From the NCBI RefSeq assembly GCF_009914755.1, contig NC_060944.1: 64,000 bases of DNA; one strand, given 5' to 3'. The translations under genes were made by a program, and so were the position numbers. Positions 26,931 through 43,295 of this stretch are shown here, piece by piece. Positions within the stretch are counted from its first letter, which is position 1. Every line of letters begins with the position of its first letter. The notes under the pieces are model-generated. The model saw only the letters and a program-made list of their open reading frames with translations. It was not told the DNA's origin and did no database searches. Source of the DNA: the human T2T-CHM13v2.0 reference genome, Homo sapiens.

Positions 26931-28902
26931 TAGGAAGCAGAAATCAACCTTCTTAGTCATCAAGCTTCCCCACAGGTGTCACCCAGGCTGGCTTTAGCTC
27001 ATTTACCCCAAGGAAAGTCCTGGTGCTGAGCAGGGAGGAACAGGGGGATGAGAGGAGCCCCAGCCTCAGAGAATCCAAGAGAATGCTCCACACCTCTGAG
27101 ACACCTAGGGTCGTCCTCCTTTTAATTTTGCAGTGTGTATGTGGGGCTGCTTGTGAGTGGGAATTATAGGCAGATGTACAATTTGGTGCATAATATGTTT
27201 CAGTTAAGGGCTGGAGAAGAAAAAAAGACAAGATTTACTTTCTCTAGTTTCAGAGATACCAGGAGATAAGGATGATGGAATCTGGAGTAATAGGTAAGGA
27301 ATGAAGGCCTTTCAAAAGATAGACTGAATCTTCAGGATGGCTCCCAAACCTGAGGTTTCTCTCATGAGACTCTTGCCAGTTACTCCAGCCCAGGAGCCCT
27401 CTTTCTGGTCCAGAGGTCCTTCTGTCCCTTCACCAGGAGCAGCGAGACTCCTGTCCTTGGTATTGGCCATAGAAATCCTCAAGCAGAAGACCAGAGCTGC
27501 TTCTGCCCTCTTGCCTGTCTCTGACCCCAACCCTCATAAGCCCTTTCCTTTGAACTCGTTTTAATGGCATCTTTGTTCATCCCTAAATGACCATCTTTTC
27601 TTGCCCTCTTTCTTGTCAACACGTTTTGTGCCTTGTTGTTTATAGTCCCCTAAATGTCTAGGGATGGCAGGACCCAGGGGAAGGAATTGGGCTTGGGACA
27701 GGGCAGCCTGAACCCATGCCACGTCCCCTGTCACCAGCCCCAGGATGTCAAGGTCAATTAATCTCTGCTACACATTTTCGTCACCAGGGAAATGGGGATA
27801 TGGTGTTGCTTTGCAGGACTGTTTTAGGAATTGGAGATAAAGCATAGTGCTTGGATGATAAGTCATATTTATTGTTATGATCACTATTTCCGGATGAATG
27901 TCCCTTGGGAAGTTCAATACAGTGCCCAATGCTAGAAGCAAGTCTGACTGTATCAACTATTCCAGGAAGATGTTTCCCCAAATGCGATCCATGGAACATG
28001 TTAAGGGCTGTTGCCTTGGGGCACTGGGAGAATTATAATTCCAGCTTTCACTTTTTAAAATGTATTTTACACATGTTTGTAAACTGACACCAAATGTAGT
28101 TGTTCCTGTCACTACATGACAACCTATATTAGAAAAATAATCGAATGCTCACAGAAGGCTATTTGCCAGGTTCTATTCAAATGCTTTATATATTTAATCC
28201 TTTAGGACTACTATTGTTCCCATCTTACAGATAAAACGGTTGAGGTACAGAGTTGTTAAAGCGTTTTCCCTGGCACACAGACACTACATGACAGAGCCAA
28301 GATTTGGATAGAGGCATCCAGCTCATGCCCACCACACTCCATTACATCTCAGTTGCCCAGCAGCGAACCTCATGGATTCCAGACGGCATTGACCAATGAC
28401 CCTCAAGTGGATGCTGCCTGCTGATTGACCACTGCTCTGCATTGTGTGTTTTGTCTGAATATTTCAACATATGTTTGTGGCATTATTCAACATTTATGGT
28501 GTCTTAAATATTTATACTGCACAAATTGGTTCCCCACAGACCTAAGGCTGGAGGGAGGCAGTTTTATCTAAACAACAGCAATTGCAAATGACAAAAATTC
28601 TTGAGGTTCTCTGGAACATCTACAGTGAAAACTTCTAAGTGAAGAGAATTATGTACAGGTTCATTTTCAAAAATATCAAGAGAAGATCGATGAATAAGCA
28701 ACATCCAAGGTAAAGGCTGTTTTGGAGGAGCTTAATTTTGCTCCTGAATATTGTGAAAGTATAGTTTACATGCTTTTTGTCATATAGAGACAGTCATATA
28801 GAGTCTGTCATGGAGAGGCAGAATGTTTATAGTCTTCTCAAATTAAAACAAAATTTAGAAATAGATTTATTTCATCCTGTAATGCATATGAGAATAACAC
28901 TT

Positions 28903-28917
28903 AGCAACATCATTTCT
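28903..28917 (+). other. Left target-site duplication of the L1PA2 insertion (AGCAACATCATTTCT)
   Basis: Identical 15-mer at 32391-32405. Confidence 0.92.
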
Positions 28918-29179
28918 TTTTTCTTTTTTTTTTTTTTAACCATGGCTCATTTGTATATGTGTGCACCTGACAAGAGGTCTTGGGAAAGAGGTGCATCACT
29001 GTTATTAAATATAGAGAGCTTTGAAACAATTATTAGTGTGGTCAGCCCCATTTTGCTAGCTATGCCAGAATGAACCAACCTGCAAATTCTGCCATTGAGA
29101 AATAGAATTTAATTGTGCAAATACAAGAGGAACTTAGCCAAACAGACTACTAAGTTCCAAATAACTTTAGATAACCTTC
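28918..29179 (-). mobile_element. L1 3'-transduced segment (~240 bp unique DNA, 28938-29179) plus terminal poly(A) (28918-28937)
   Basis: Lies inside the TSDs, between the L1 (TAAA)n tail and a second A-tail; no repeat similarity seen. Confidence 0.85.
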
Positions 29180-32390
<3,211 letters not shown>

Positions 32391-32405
32391 AGCAACATCA
32401 TTTCT
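32391..32405 (+). other. Right target-site duplication of the L1PA2 insertion
   Basis: AGCAACATCATTTCT; the minus-strand empty site reads TT/AGAAA, close to the L1 endonuclease TT/AAAA. Confidence 0.92.
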
Positions 32406-32929
32406 AATTTTAAGGAGCTATGTGTTTTAGAAGAGACCCCCAAAAGCAACGCTTAATAAAACATTTTTGGAGCATGTCCTCTTTTATAACAAAAATGCAA
32501 AACCTAAAATATTACTTTATGTTGATATATTTTATTCTCACTAACTTAGGCATAAGCAGATTTCTCTAATTCGTTTTTTTGTTCTGTAATAAAGCAAAGT
32601 GCATATAAATCAAATTTTTACCATTTATTTAAGTAATTAATTCACCTTTGAGAACTTTTTTGGTGCTGTCTACTATAATCTAAGCCCACATTTATATTTC
32701 ATGAGCTCCTCTTGGTGTTCTATCCATATATCATAATTTTAAAATGTTTCATGGTCAAGTAGGTTTAGAAAATGCTGATCTAGAACTATCTAAAAATGTT
32801 TTCTTGCCTTGTAAAAAAGAGGTAAAATTTTTGTTAGCTGAGAACAATTCCACCATCTGTTTTGATGATGTCTGGTTACCAATGGCATGAAATGCCCCAT
32901 AGATATAAAAATGATTAAGAAAACTCCCT

Positions 32930-34540
32930 CCAAAGAAAATGATGCCCTTGGGTTTTACCCTTAGGTAGATCAGAAGCCACTGGAAGGTTTGGGCAGGGGA
33001 GAAACAAGGGCTGACTTATGTTTTGAAAGAGACCTCTGGCTGTGTTGGAAGGGCATGTGGGAGGGCACGTCCAAGCACAAGGGAGGCGGCAACAACCACT
33101 GAGGCAGGAGAGGATGGCAGCTCGGTCCAGGGGAGGGAGCAGGGAAGTGGTGAGAAGCAGGCAGGTGATGGGGATGGTTTGAAGTGTAGGATTGGCTGCA
33201 AATTGAATGTGAGGCTTCAGAGGGAGAGTGGAGTTGGGGGCACCTAGGATCTCTGCCTTAAGAACTTGGAAATGTGGAGTTTCCATTTGCTAAGACAAAG
33301 AAGTCTATGATTGAATTTTTTAGCTGCAATCATAGCTCAATTGGAACATTTTAAGTTTGAGTTGCTTCTTAGCTACCTGATTGTGAGCAATGAGTAGGCA
33401 TCTGGATTGTAAGGGAGAAGGACTTGCCATAGCTATAAAATTGGGGTAGTTAGTATGTGGATGATTTGCCAATAAACTGGATGAGATCCCTCAGGGAAAT
33501 GGTTCACAAACTTGGCTGCATGTAGCAATCACCTGGGAAGCTATGAAAACAGACTGAGGCCTCTGTCCCACCCAGGAGACTGACTGCACTGATCTGCAGT
33601 GAAAACAGACTGAGGCCTCTGTCCCACCCGGGAGACTGACTGCACTGATCTGCAGTGCACTGAGAGTTTTCAAGGCTGCCCAAGTGATTCTGAAGTGCAG
33701 CCAAAGTTGAGAATCACTGCCTTTGGGACTCAATAGAAATGGAGAAGTAAACAGATCTCAGCTCTGGGCCACAGGCAATCCAACATTTTTAGGTTAGAGA
33801 GATGAGGAGTAACCAGCAAAGAGACTGAGAAGGAGCATCAGTGAGGAGCGAGGACGAGAAACACTGGTGTCCCAGAAGCTGAGTGAAGAAAGGAGGGCGC
33901 CATCAGCTGTTGAAGATGCTGGGGGCAAAGATATAAAATGAGAACTAAAACCAGACCATTGGATTTAGCAATGGGGGTATTGATAGCTTCCTTCACAAGA
34001 ACCGTTTTGGTGAGTGGTAGGGATAAAGACTTGATTGGATAAGTTCAACCGGAAAATAGAACAGAGGAACTTGACAGAAGTATAGACAACTTTTTGAAAA
34101 AAATTAATATAAAGGGGAACAAAGAAATGGGCTGGAGGGGATGTAGCATCCACAGAGTTTGGATTTGGGTCTGTTTCTTGGATTTAGATGGGGATTACGC
34201 TGCAGTAGGATGCAAAGGAAGGAGAGAAATTGGTGAACTGCTGGGGTCATGTTGTCCTTGAGCATTTCAAAGGAGAGAAACTAGGGCCAGAGTGGAGGGG
34301 ATGGCCCTGGACGAAAACAGGAGTAACAACAGGGAAGGAAGAGCATACGGTCAAGCTGCACACAGGCTGGCAGGGGTGGGGATGGCAGAATGTGACAGTC
34401 CTCTCCTTTCTGCTTCTGCATTCTTACGGGAAAAGGAAACAAGATTTTCTGTGAGGGGGAATGGAGGAAGGGGCATCACCGCTTTAAGGAGAGAAAAGCA
34501 ACAGTGGACTAATCCTCTTGAAGCAATGGGGGAGTCAAAG
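32930..34540 (-). mobile_element. L2 LINE with nested MER5A
   Basis: gaagccactggaaggtttgggcagggg...tgacttatgttttgaaagagacctctggctg; ttggatttagcaatggggg...ttttggtgagtggtaggg. Confidence 0.75.
33497..33720. mobile_element. MER5A-family with internal 56-bp tandem duplication (33545-33657)
   Basis: tggttcacaaacttggctgcatgtagcaatcacctggg ... caagtgattctgaagtgcagccaaagttgagaatcactg; duplicate units start at 33545 and 33601. Confidence 0.85.
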
Positions 34541-34547
34541 AATTTGC

Positions 34548-34690
34548 AGTGAGTCTCAAACTTCAGCACACATCAGAATCACCTGGCACGCTGGTTAAAG
34601 GTGAAATTGTGGGGTTTCAGCCCCCGAGTTTCTGATTCCATAGGTGATGCCCATACTGTGGCCAGGGGACTTCCCCTGGAGAACCACTGG
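34548..34690. mobile_element. MER5A (internally deleted)
   Basis: cagtgagtctcaaacttcagcacacatcagaatcacctgg...gagtttctgattcc...ctggagaaccactg. Confidence 0.7.
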
Positions 34691-35559
34691 GATAAAGGGC
34701 TGCAGAGACCCACCAGGCTTAATGAGGGCTCCCTTAAGGGGAACTTATGATTTCTGGTTGTATCCAGGTAGGCTGGCTGTGTTTTCCTCCAACTACTTTC
34801 AGCTGTTAATGTGGAGGTGGAAATAAAGATTGGATTTGACCAATTGAGACTTCGCCAGGTAAGTTCATGTAAGTGACAAGTATCCTCTGTTCCCAGAAAT
34901 CCTTGAAAACGCTTTCTTTAAAAACTAAATGAAAATAGCTCACCACTGATAAGAACTTTCCCAAACAGGGCCACGTAGTAAATATGCATTGATATGTATA
35001 TTAAGAAGTACTATTTCATAATTTCAAGGACCACCAGATACAACAAGTCATAACAGCCTTAGTCATAACAATTCTTAGGAATTACTGAGTTCCATTTGAG
35101 TTTTCTTGGACTTCATCAACTATGTAAAGATGATGTTTATATGGATATATAGATATGTAGATGAGTATGTGCCTGTTATGTAGTTTTCCATAGTACAAAA
35201 AGCTATGGAAGAATCATGTAAAACCTCAAATTTACCTGCCTGAGTTTCCACTTCTCTATCAGTAAAGTGTGCATAATAATGTCTATTCCAAAGAATTGTA
35301 ACGATTTAAAAGTCAATGTTTGTGGAAGTTCAAGGCTAGGCATTTGGAAGTTAGTATATCCTAATAGCTTTAAGTTACCTGGTTTTGATGACCTTGCATC
35401 ACTTTGGGTCCTTGCTTCTTGGGATCTTTCTTGACAGCCTTGCTCACTGGTATCAGAAGGTGGTCGGTATCTAAGAGTGGGCTCTAATTTCCCATCTGCT
35501 CTTTCTCAGGAAGCTGAGAAATGGCAGCTGGAGACAAGAAGAGAGAAACTTCTGAGAAA

Positions 35560-35640
35560 TGTATGTGTGTGTATGTGTGTGTGTGTGTATATATATATGT
35601 ATATATAACAAACACATCCACATACATATATACATATATA
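35560..35640. repeat. Compound (TG)n/(TA)n microsatellite
   Basis: Read directly. Confidence 0.85.
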
Positions 35641-36641
35641 CTTTTAAATTTCCATATGTATACACATTTTTTTGTTTATGCATGTATGGAGATATATATC
35701 TCCAATAAATTGTGTCTAACTTGTTAATGGCCAAAGCATCTTCCCAGCTTTTAGATGAATAAATGGATATTAAATTCTACCCCCAACATGCTGTCTCTGG
35801 TAAGTAGAGAGCTTTTGAGTTAGTTCATTTTGGAGTCTTAAGCTCTCTCCTAGGGTAAATCCATTAATTATCAGATAGGATGGAGTACCAGAGACATCGC
35901 CTGACTCCTTAATGAGTTTCCCATAAACCTGGGCTATTCAGTAGAGGTCAAATTGATAACCACTAAGAATGAATATCAATGCCTTCTAGAGTTCTACATG
36001 GAATGTGATTATAACTACCAAATGGCCTCTACCTTATCACACTTTCAGAAAAATTAGTACTTCAAATGCTCATAATGGCTAACTTGAAATCAGGGATTTT
36101 TTATTATAGTTATTGTCAGTGAATCAGGACATACGAGTCCTCTGACAACAAGCTTTATGCATCAGAGAACTAATTCTTAATTATTTGTTCCCTTAAATGT
36201 ACAGTTAAATTGTTTTTCCTGAAGTCATTTTTGTGGTGTTTTGTTCTGGATCTGGAATTTTCAGATTTAAATACTTTTGGAACTCTTTCCTTTCCCCTCA
36301 GTCTATTCCACCTATAAGACCTGAAGTGCAATGTAGTTATATTTCAGATGAAGGTACTGACTCATTGGGATATGGCCCAGAATTAGGATTTGAGAGGACT
36401 TGATGTTCTCCCTGTGCAAAAAGTGATTGAGGATCCACAAAACTTCAGAACTATTCCATTTGATTTGTCTTTAACTGGGCAAGACAAGACAGGCTCCCCC
36501 GCACTCAAACAATTGTCGAGTAAACATGCACACTGGGCTCTATTCTAGCCCCTCCCCTTCTGAAACAAATGCCATCACACCTTGTCATGAAACTGTTGTA
36601 TGACGATCTTTTCCAACATTTTGTCTCAGTGATGTCTGTAA

Positions 36642-36941
<300 letters not shown>

Positions 36942-37214
36942 GATACCTGTTGTTTTAAAAATCAGTTCTGAGAAGCTGTCTTATTCAAATATTGTGTACC
37001 TTCTTTAGTGATTGGATGGAAAAATTCATGCAGAAGAGGAAAGCTGTTTTATGCAAATTGCAATCTCTACTAATAGGACTTAAGGGAAAGGGACGTCCTT
37101 TGTAAAAAGGAAAAAAAAATAAAAAGAGAATTACCATATTCTTTGATTGCAAAGAACCGGCTTTGGGGATTTGCACTTGTAAGTCTAATCATGATAATAT
37201 TTAATCATAAGAGT

Positions 37215-37570
37215 TGCGGTCGATTGTTTTATTGCTCCCAATTATTCACTGCCCTCCCTGTAGTGGGATTACACTTTCCTGCCCTTACTAACACCAAGCT
37301 TATCCACTGGACTTGCGTGGCTTAATAAAATCTGAGTGGAAATTGTGAGCGCCATCCTCCTAACCACGCTACAGAGTCCAACGGGATGCCCCAATCCTAT
37401 GCCAGGCCCTGGGTCTTATTGCACTTTTCCGCACACACCACTAGCCAGAGAAAGAGCCAAGCCGCAGAAGGTCCCTGGCGACATGAGTGAGAGCTGAGCC
37501 TTATCACTAGTGGGCACAGATGCTGGAGGTGTTTGTCACCACAGCATAGCTGAAAGGAAACCAATAGAAC
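37215..37570 (+). mobile_element. MLT1H-like MaLR LTR
   Basis: tgcggtcgattgttttattgctcccaattattcac...tttgtcaccacagcatagctg...aataga. Confidence 0.55.
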
Positions 37571-38189
37571 AATAACATTAATTTGTATTGAACCAGATAT
37601 TCTTTCCAGTGTGTTTTCTGTATCTGTATTAATTCGCTTAATCCTCACAGCAGCTCTGTTACTATTTGTATCTTGGAGATGAGGAGGCTAGGGCATGGAG
37701 GGTAGCCAGTGGCAGAGCCGTTATCGTCACACAGGCTGAAGGGTGTCACATCCACCATCTGAGCCACCAGCCTGTCCTTTGAAGCAGGGCAGGACAACTG
37801 CTGGAACACACGGCAACCTCTCCCTTGGACTCTTTGAAATACAAGGGATGTTCTCATGGAGGAATTAAGTCACTGGCAAATCAGGAAAACCAGACATTGG
37901 AAAGCCAAACACCCAGAGCCTAGCCCTGAATTTGGGAAATGTTTTGTAGCTTAAACTATATTTGCCAGGATACATTAAAAAGGAAAAAATTAAGAGACGG
38001 AAAACCTTGTGGTTCTCTTCCAGTTCCCAACATCCATATATCAAGAACCTTGAAATTTAAATTAAAATCCAATGGATGTGGGTGACCAAGAAAGGTACCA
38101 AATTATACCCAGGTGTTTTATCTTTCGCTAATTGATGAGTTTGTCATAAGGGTTCTCTTCTCGATAAAAAGAGCCCTATATTCTAAAAT

Positions 38190-38450
38190 AAACTTTTAAT
38201 TTTAGTGTAATTGTAGATTTAATGAAAAGTTGCAAAGACAGTACAGAGGGTTCTTGTTTATCTACACCCAGGCTCCTACAGTGGCAGCACCTATATGCCA
38301 GGGGTATGCTGATGAAAACTAAGACAATGATATTGGTACGTTACCCAGGCTTTGGCCAGATTTCACCAGTTTTTCCAGTAATGCCCTTTCCTGCTCCAGG
38401 ATGCAGTTGAGTGTCCCACTTTACTGGTAATCCTCATAGCTCCTTTGTCT
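38190..38450 (-). mobile_element. L1MC-type 3' end fragment
   Basis: taattgtagatttaatgaaaagttgcaaagacagtacagagggttc...aaaactaagac. Confidence 0.65.
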
Positions 38451-38508
38451 CTGGATTCTTTCCCTCTGCTCTGTGGCATGTGGTGGGTTTCTGGAGAAAA
38501 AAAACCAG

Positions 38509-39244
<736 letters not shown>

Positions 39245-39379
39245 GTTTGCCTTTCGACCTCAGTTCTCTGAAGGGTTCACTAAAAGGCATGCACTTGTAT
39301 TGTGTCCAGTTTTATTTCTTATAAAAATGGGAGTGATGCTTATTCCAGCTCTCCACAACTTCAAACTGAAACCAGCACC

Positions 39380-39950
39380 ACTCTACCTTTTTTGTAAACA
39401 AAGCACATCTTTAGTCTAGAAATGTCAGTACTAGAGAACTTAAGTGGACAAATGCTGAAAATATATGTAGAAAGTTGTTCATTAAAAGTCATTATAATAG
39501 TAAAGAACTAGAAACAACTTAAATGTTAATGAATAAGAGGCTAGATTGATAAATTATGATACAATTATATACCTGAATGCTCTATGTCACTCACAGTAAT
39601 GTGTAGCTCTGCGACTATCAACATGGACAAATACTTCTGACAGATTATCAGGTGAAAATTTAGATTCCAAATTGCACACCTGTCTCCCAAGCCCAATTAC
39701 ATACACTTGAATGGGTTCACGCGTGACTGTGTGCTCATGTTTGTGTGCAGCAGTTATTTGCAGAGGGTGAGAAATGTAACAATCCACTTTACTGAAATGC
39801 TAAAAGCAATTGCCAATTCATGATAAGATTCTACAGAAAATTTTACTTTATGCTTTTCTTCATTGTTCAGTTTTTTAGAATATGTATTTAGAAATGAGTG
39901 GGTGTTTAAAATGAGTATCTATAGAAAAAATCAATTTTCATTTTCAAAAA
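39380..39950 (+). mobile_element. L1ME-type fragment
   Basis: aaagaactagaaacaacttaaatgttaatgaataagagg...ataaattatgatac...tcaacatggacaaat. Confidence 0.5.
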
Positions 39951-40211
39951 GAGGGGAAGGGAAAGCCCGTTACTGTGTCAGCCTGCACAGGAGTTGGGGT
40001 GCATGTTTCAGAGAAGTGCAGATAAGCATGCCCTAGTTGCAGTAAATGTATCTACAAGGAATTCAAAAGCCTCTTGGCATAAAGTTTCCAAAGCCAAACT
40101 TATAGAAGTGGGGCCAAGCAGGGTTGTGATTCTGAGTGCAGGCTCTGGAGTCCATAAGACCTTGGTTCAAAATGTGGTTTTGCCAGTTATGAGCCAATGG
40201 CTTTAGGTAAG

Positions 40212-41374
40212 TGTCTGGAAAAAGTCAAATCTTTTTTCTATCCTCTCATTCAACACCGCAATCATTAACACAGAAGACTTATGTGCCCAATGTGTGAGGG
40301 TTTCTCCCGACCACAAGCAATCAACTGATTCTTCAGCAGACACCAGGTGGGTGTCCTCCAGTTCAATTACGACACCGTCTACCCGGAGATAGCGTCAGAT
40401 CCCACCAGGTGAGGACTCAGCTGCTAAAACTTCCCTGACTCCTTCAGAATCAGTCATAAGTCCAGGCCTTTGGAACTTCTGACCACTGGCCCCAAGTTGG
40501 GATTTCTAGGACCCTCTCTTTTGTGGTCAATTAATTTGCTAGACTGAATCACAGAACTCAAAGAAACACTTAGGTTTACTGGTTTATTAATATTATAAAG
40601 GATATTGCAAAGGATACAGATGAAGCGATGTGTAGGATGAGGTATGGGGGAAGGGGCACAGAGCTTCCATGCCCTCCCTGAGTGCCACTCTTCAGGACCC
40701 TCCATGTGTTCAGCTACCCAAAAGCTCTCCAAACCCAGTCCTCTTAGGATTTTACAGAGGCTTCATACATCGACATGATCAATTAAACCATTGGTCATTG
40801 GTCATCAACCTGATCTTTAGTCTCTCTCCCCTCCCTAGAGGTTGGGGATGAGGCTTAAAGTCCCAACCCTTGAATTATGTCTTGGTCTTCAGCAACCAGC
40901 TCCCTCTTGAAGCTACCGTTACATGCTTATGTGCTTATATCATTATAGCTTATCTATCTATATATAGTTATGTACATTATATTATAAAAAACTATATATG
41001 GTTATATATATATCGTATATAATCATATATGTTATATGCTTATTATATCATATAGATATATAGCATATAATGCATTATATCATCATGTGCTATATATCAT
41101 ATATAATATATATACATATATATCATATATAATAATATATATATAGTTATGTGCTTAGGTGCTTATATCATTGTATGCTCTCTGTATACACAGAGCATAC
41201 AATGATATATATGCGATATATAGTATGCATTAGCATACAAACTATACACAGATACACATACCACAAGATTTGCCTTAGCATATAAAAAGATAGTATGTTG
41301 AAGACTCCAAGGATTTTAGGAATTGCATGCCAGAAACCTAAACAAAAAACAAATACATATTTCACAATATCACA
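40212..41374 (-). mobile_element. MER21A/B LTR inserted in a MIR, with internal TA-rich expansion (~40920-41300)
   Basis: cagcagacaccag...ggagatagcgtcagatccca...ggtttactggtttatta...ccaaggattttagg...atatttcacaatatcaca; flanks gtaag/gtaaa (TSD-like); the MIR continues at 41375-41530. Confidence 0.85.
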
Positions 41375-42991
41375 GTAAATTACTTAGGTTCTTGGAACTT
41401 CAGTTTTGTCATACTTAACTAGTGAGCATGAAGTTTTCCTCATGAGGTTACTATGCAGATGCAATGAAATAATGTATGTTCAGCCCTTAGCACAGTGCCT
41501 GGCACATAGTAAGTGTTCAACAAATGTGCATGAGAGTTCATATTAGCACTAGGTGGTGAGGCCCATGTGTTGTAAATATGGTTTGTGAGATGATGTTATG
41601 CTTTTCCTTTAAAGGATGGATTTCCTGGCTGAATCTCTGGCTTGTGCACTTGTGCAACTTCTAAAAACCCTCCACCAGGGGCACTTGCCTGTGCTCTGTG
41701 AAAGTGGCTTTAACTCATTCATGCCTGTATGGCGGTGCATTCTCCCACTGCAGGCTCAAGGTGGGAAGTTGGAGGACAGTCTCTTCCATAGCCTGCACAG
41801 CATATCTGAGGAATAAACACTCTGAATGTTCTCCCCTATAGAAAAGGAAGCCACAGCTACCATGGTCTCCCCATACCAGTGTATCAATTAAACCCCAAAA
41901 AAAACTACTTCAGGAGGCAAAGAGGTGGTGAACAGCACTCTGGCTTGGACCTGTCAGCAAAAGCCACTGCTGACAGCTATGATAGTGGCAACATAAGCAT
42001 GGCTGAAAGACACCCACCGAGGAGGCTTGTGGAATTCTACTCTAAAGGAGAGTAAGGCATGGATCAGGCTGTATCATCACAGAAATCCACAGCACAGCCT
42101 TCCCTCGCCCTCCATCTCACACGAGTGAGAAACCACATTCGTGAAAATGATTAGACAAGTCCAGTTTGCAGACTCTTACCCGGACATGGTCATTTTATTC
42201 TTTTCCATCTGAAATCCAAGTAGCCAGTGGAGACAGCAGTGTATGTGGTTGGCTAATTCCTACAGTGCTCATAAGTTAACTAATTATTTCCATGGTCATT
42301 AAATCACTCTTTTCCATCTGTAAAGCCCTCATTCAGGCAAGTCGGGGATGGGGACCACCCTCTTTGCTTTGCAGATTTTCCAGCCCTAATGAGCAGATCA
42401 GGCCATTACTGAGGCGGAGATGCCATGTGACAACTCTGCAGAGCATGAATGATGTCAGCATGTGGGACTCAGCCGGCAGGGACAGCATGGCAGGGAGGAG
42501 CATGCTCTCTCGGCCCGGGGACCCCTGCACATTAGCCACCTTCACCACTGAGTGGCTGCCTGACGTTGGACGTGTGGACTTTTCTGGTCTCAGTGTCCTC
42601 CTCTGTGAAGAGTTTAGAGTTCTTCACTCCTAGGGCCGTAGCCTGCATTGGATGAATGAGCTCTGTGAGGTTCGATGCCCAGCACAAGTAGGCTCAATGC
42701 ATGCTGGTTGTTACTCTGTTTGCGGCCAGAAGCACAGGAGATCCCAGTGGGCCCCAGGACCCTGTGAGCCTTTGACAGCCTTGAAGAATGTAGAGGGACA
42801 TCCTGTGGCAGTGGAATGGGAACACAAGGATTATACAGTAAGGATAGCAAGGGGAGGTGGTGAGGCCAGCCTCCGTGAGAAGCTGGGTAGGAGTCCAATG
42901 GAAGACAAGTGGAAGATGGCTGGATGGGTAGTATGAAGCAAGGTCACCAGAGAAGGAGGCCTTCAAATGCAGGATGAAGACTTTGGCATGG

Positions 42992-43295
42992 GAGCCGGGC
43001 AAGGTGGGGTATGCTTGTAGTCCCAGCACTTTGAGAGACAGAGGTGGGAGGATCACTTGAGGCCAAGGGCCTGAGACCAGCCTGGGCAAGATAATGAGAT
43101 CCTGTCTCTCTCTTAAAAAAAAAAAAAAAGAAAGAAAGAAAAATAGTCTCAACTACTCAGGAAGCTGAGGTGAGAGGATTCATTGAGCCCAGAAGGTCAA
43201 GGCTGCAGTGATCCGTGATTGCACCACTGCACTCCAGCCTGGGATACAGAGCAAGACCCTGTCTCGTTAATTAATGAACAAATAAATAAATAAAT
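42992..43295 (+). mobile_element. AluJ, within an L2 fragment (~42760-43440)
   Basis: ggaggatcacttgaggcc, ggtcaaggctgcagtga, agaccctgtctc J-type diagnostics; TSD-like ttggcatggg/ttgtcatggg. Confidence 0.88.
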
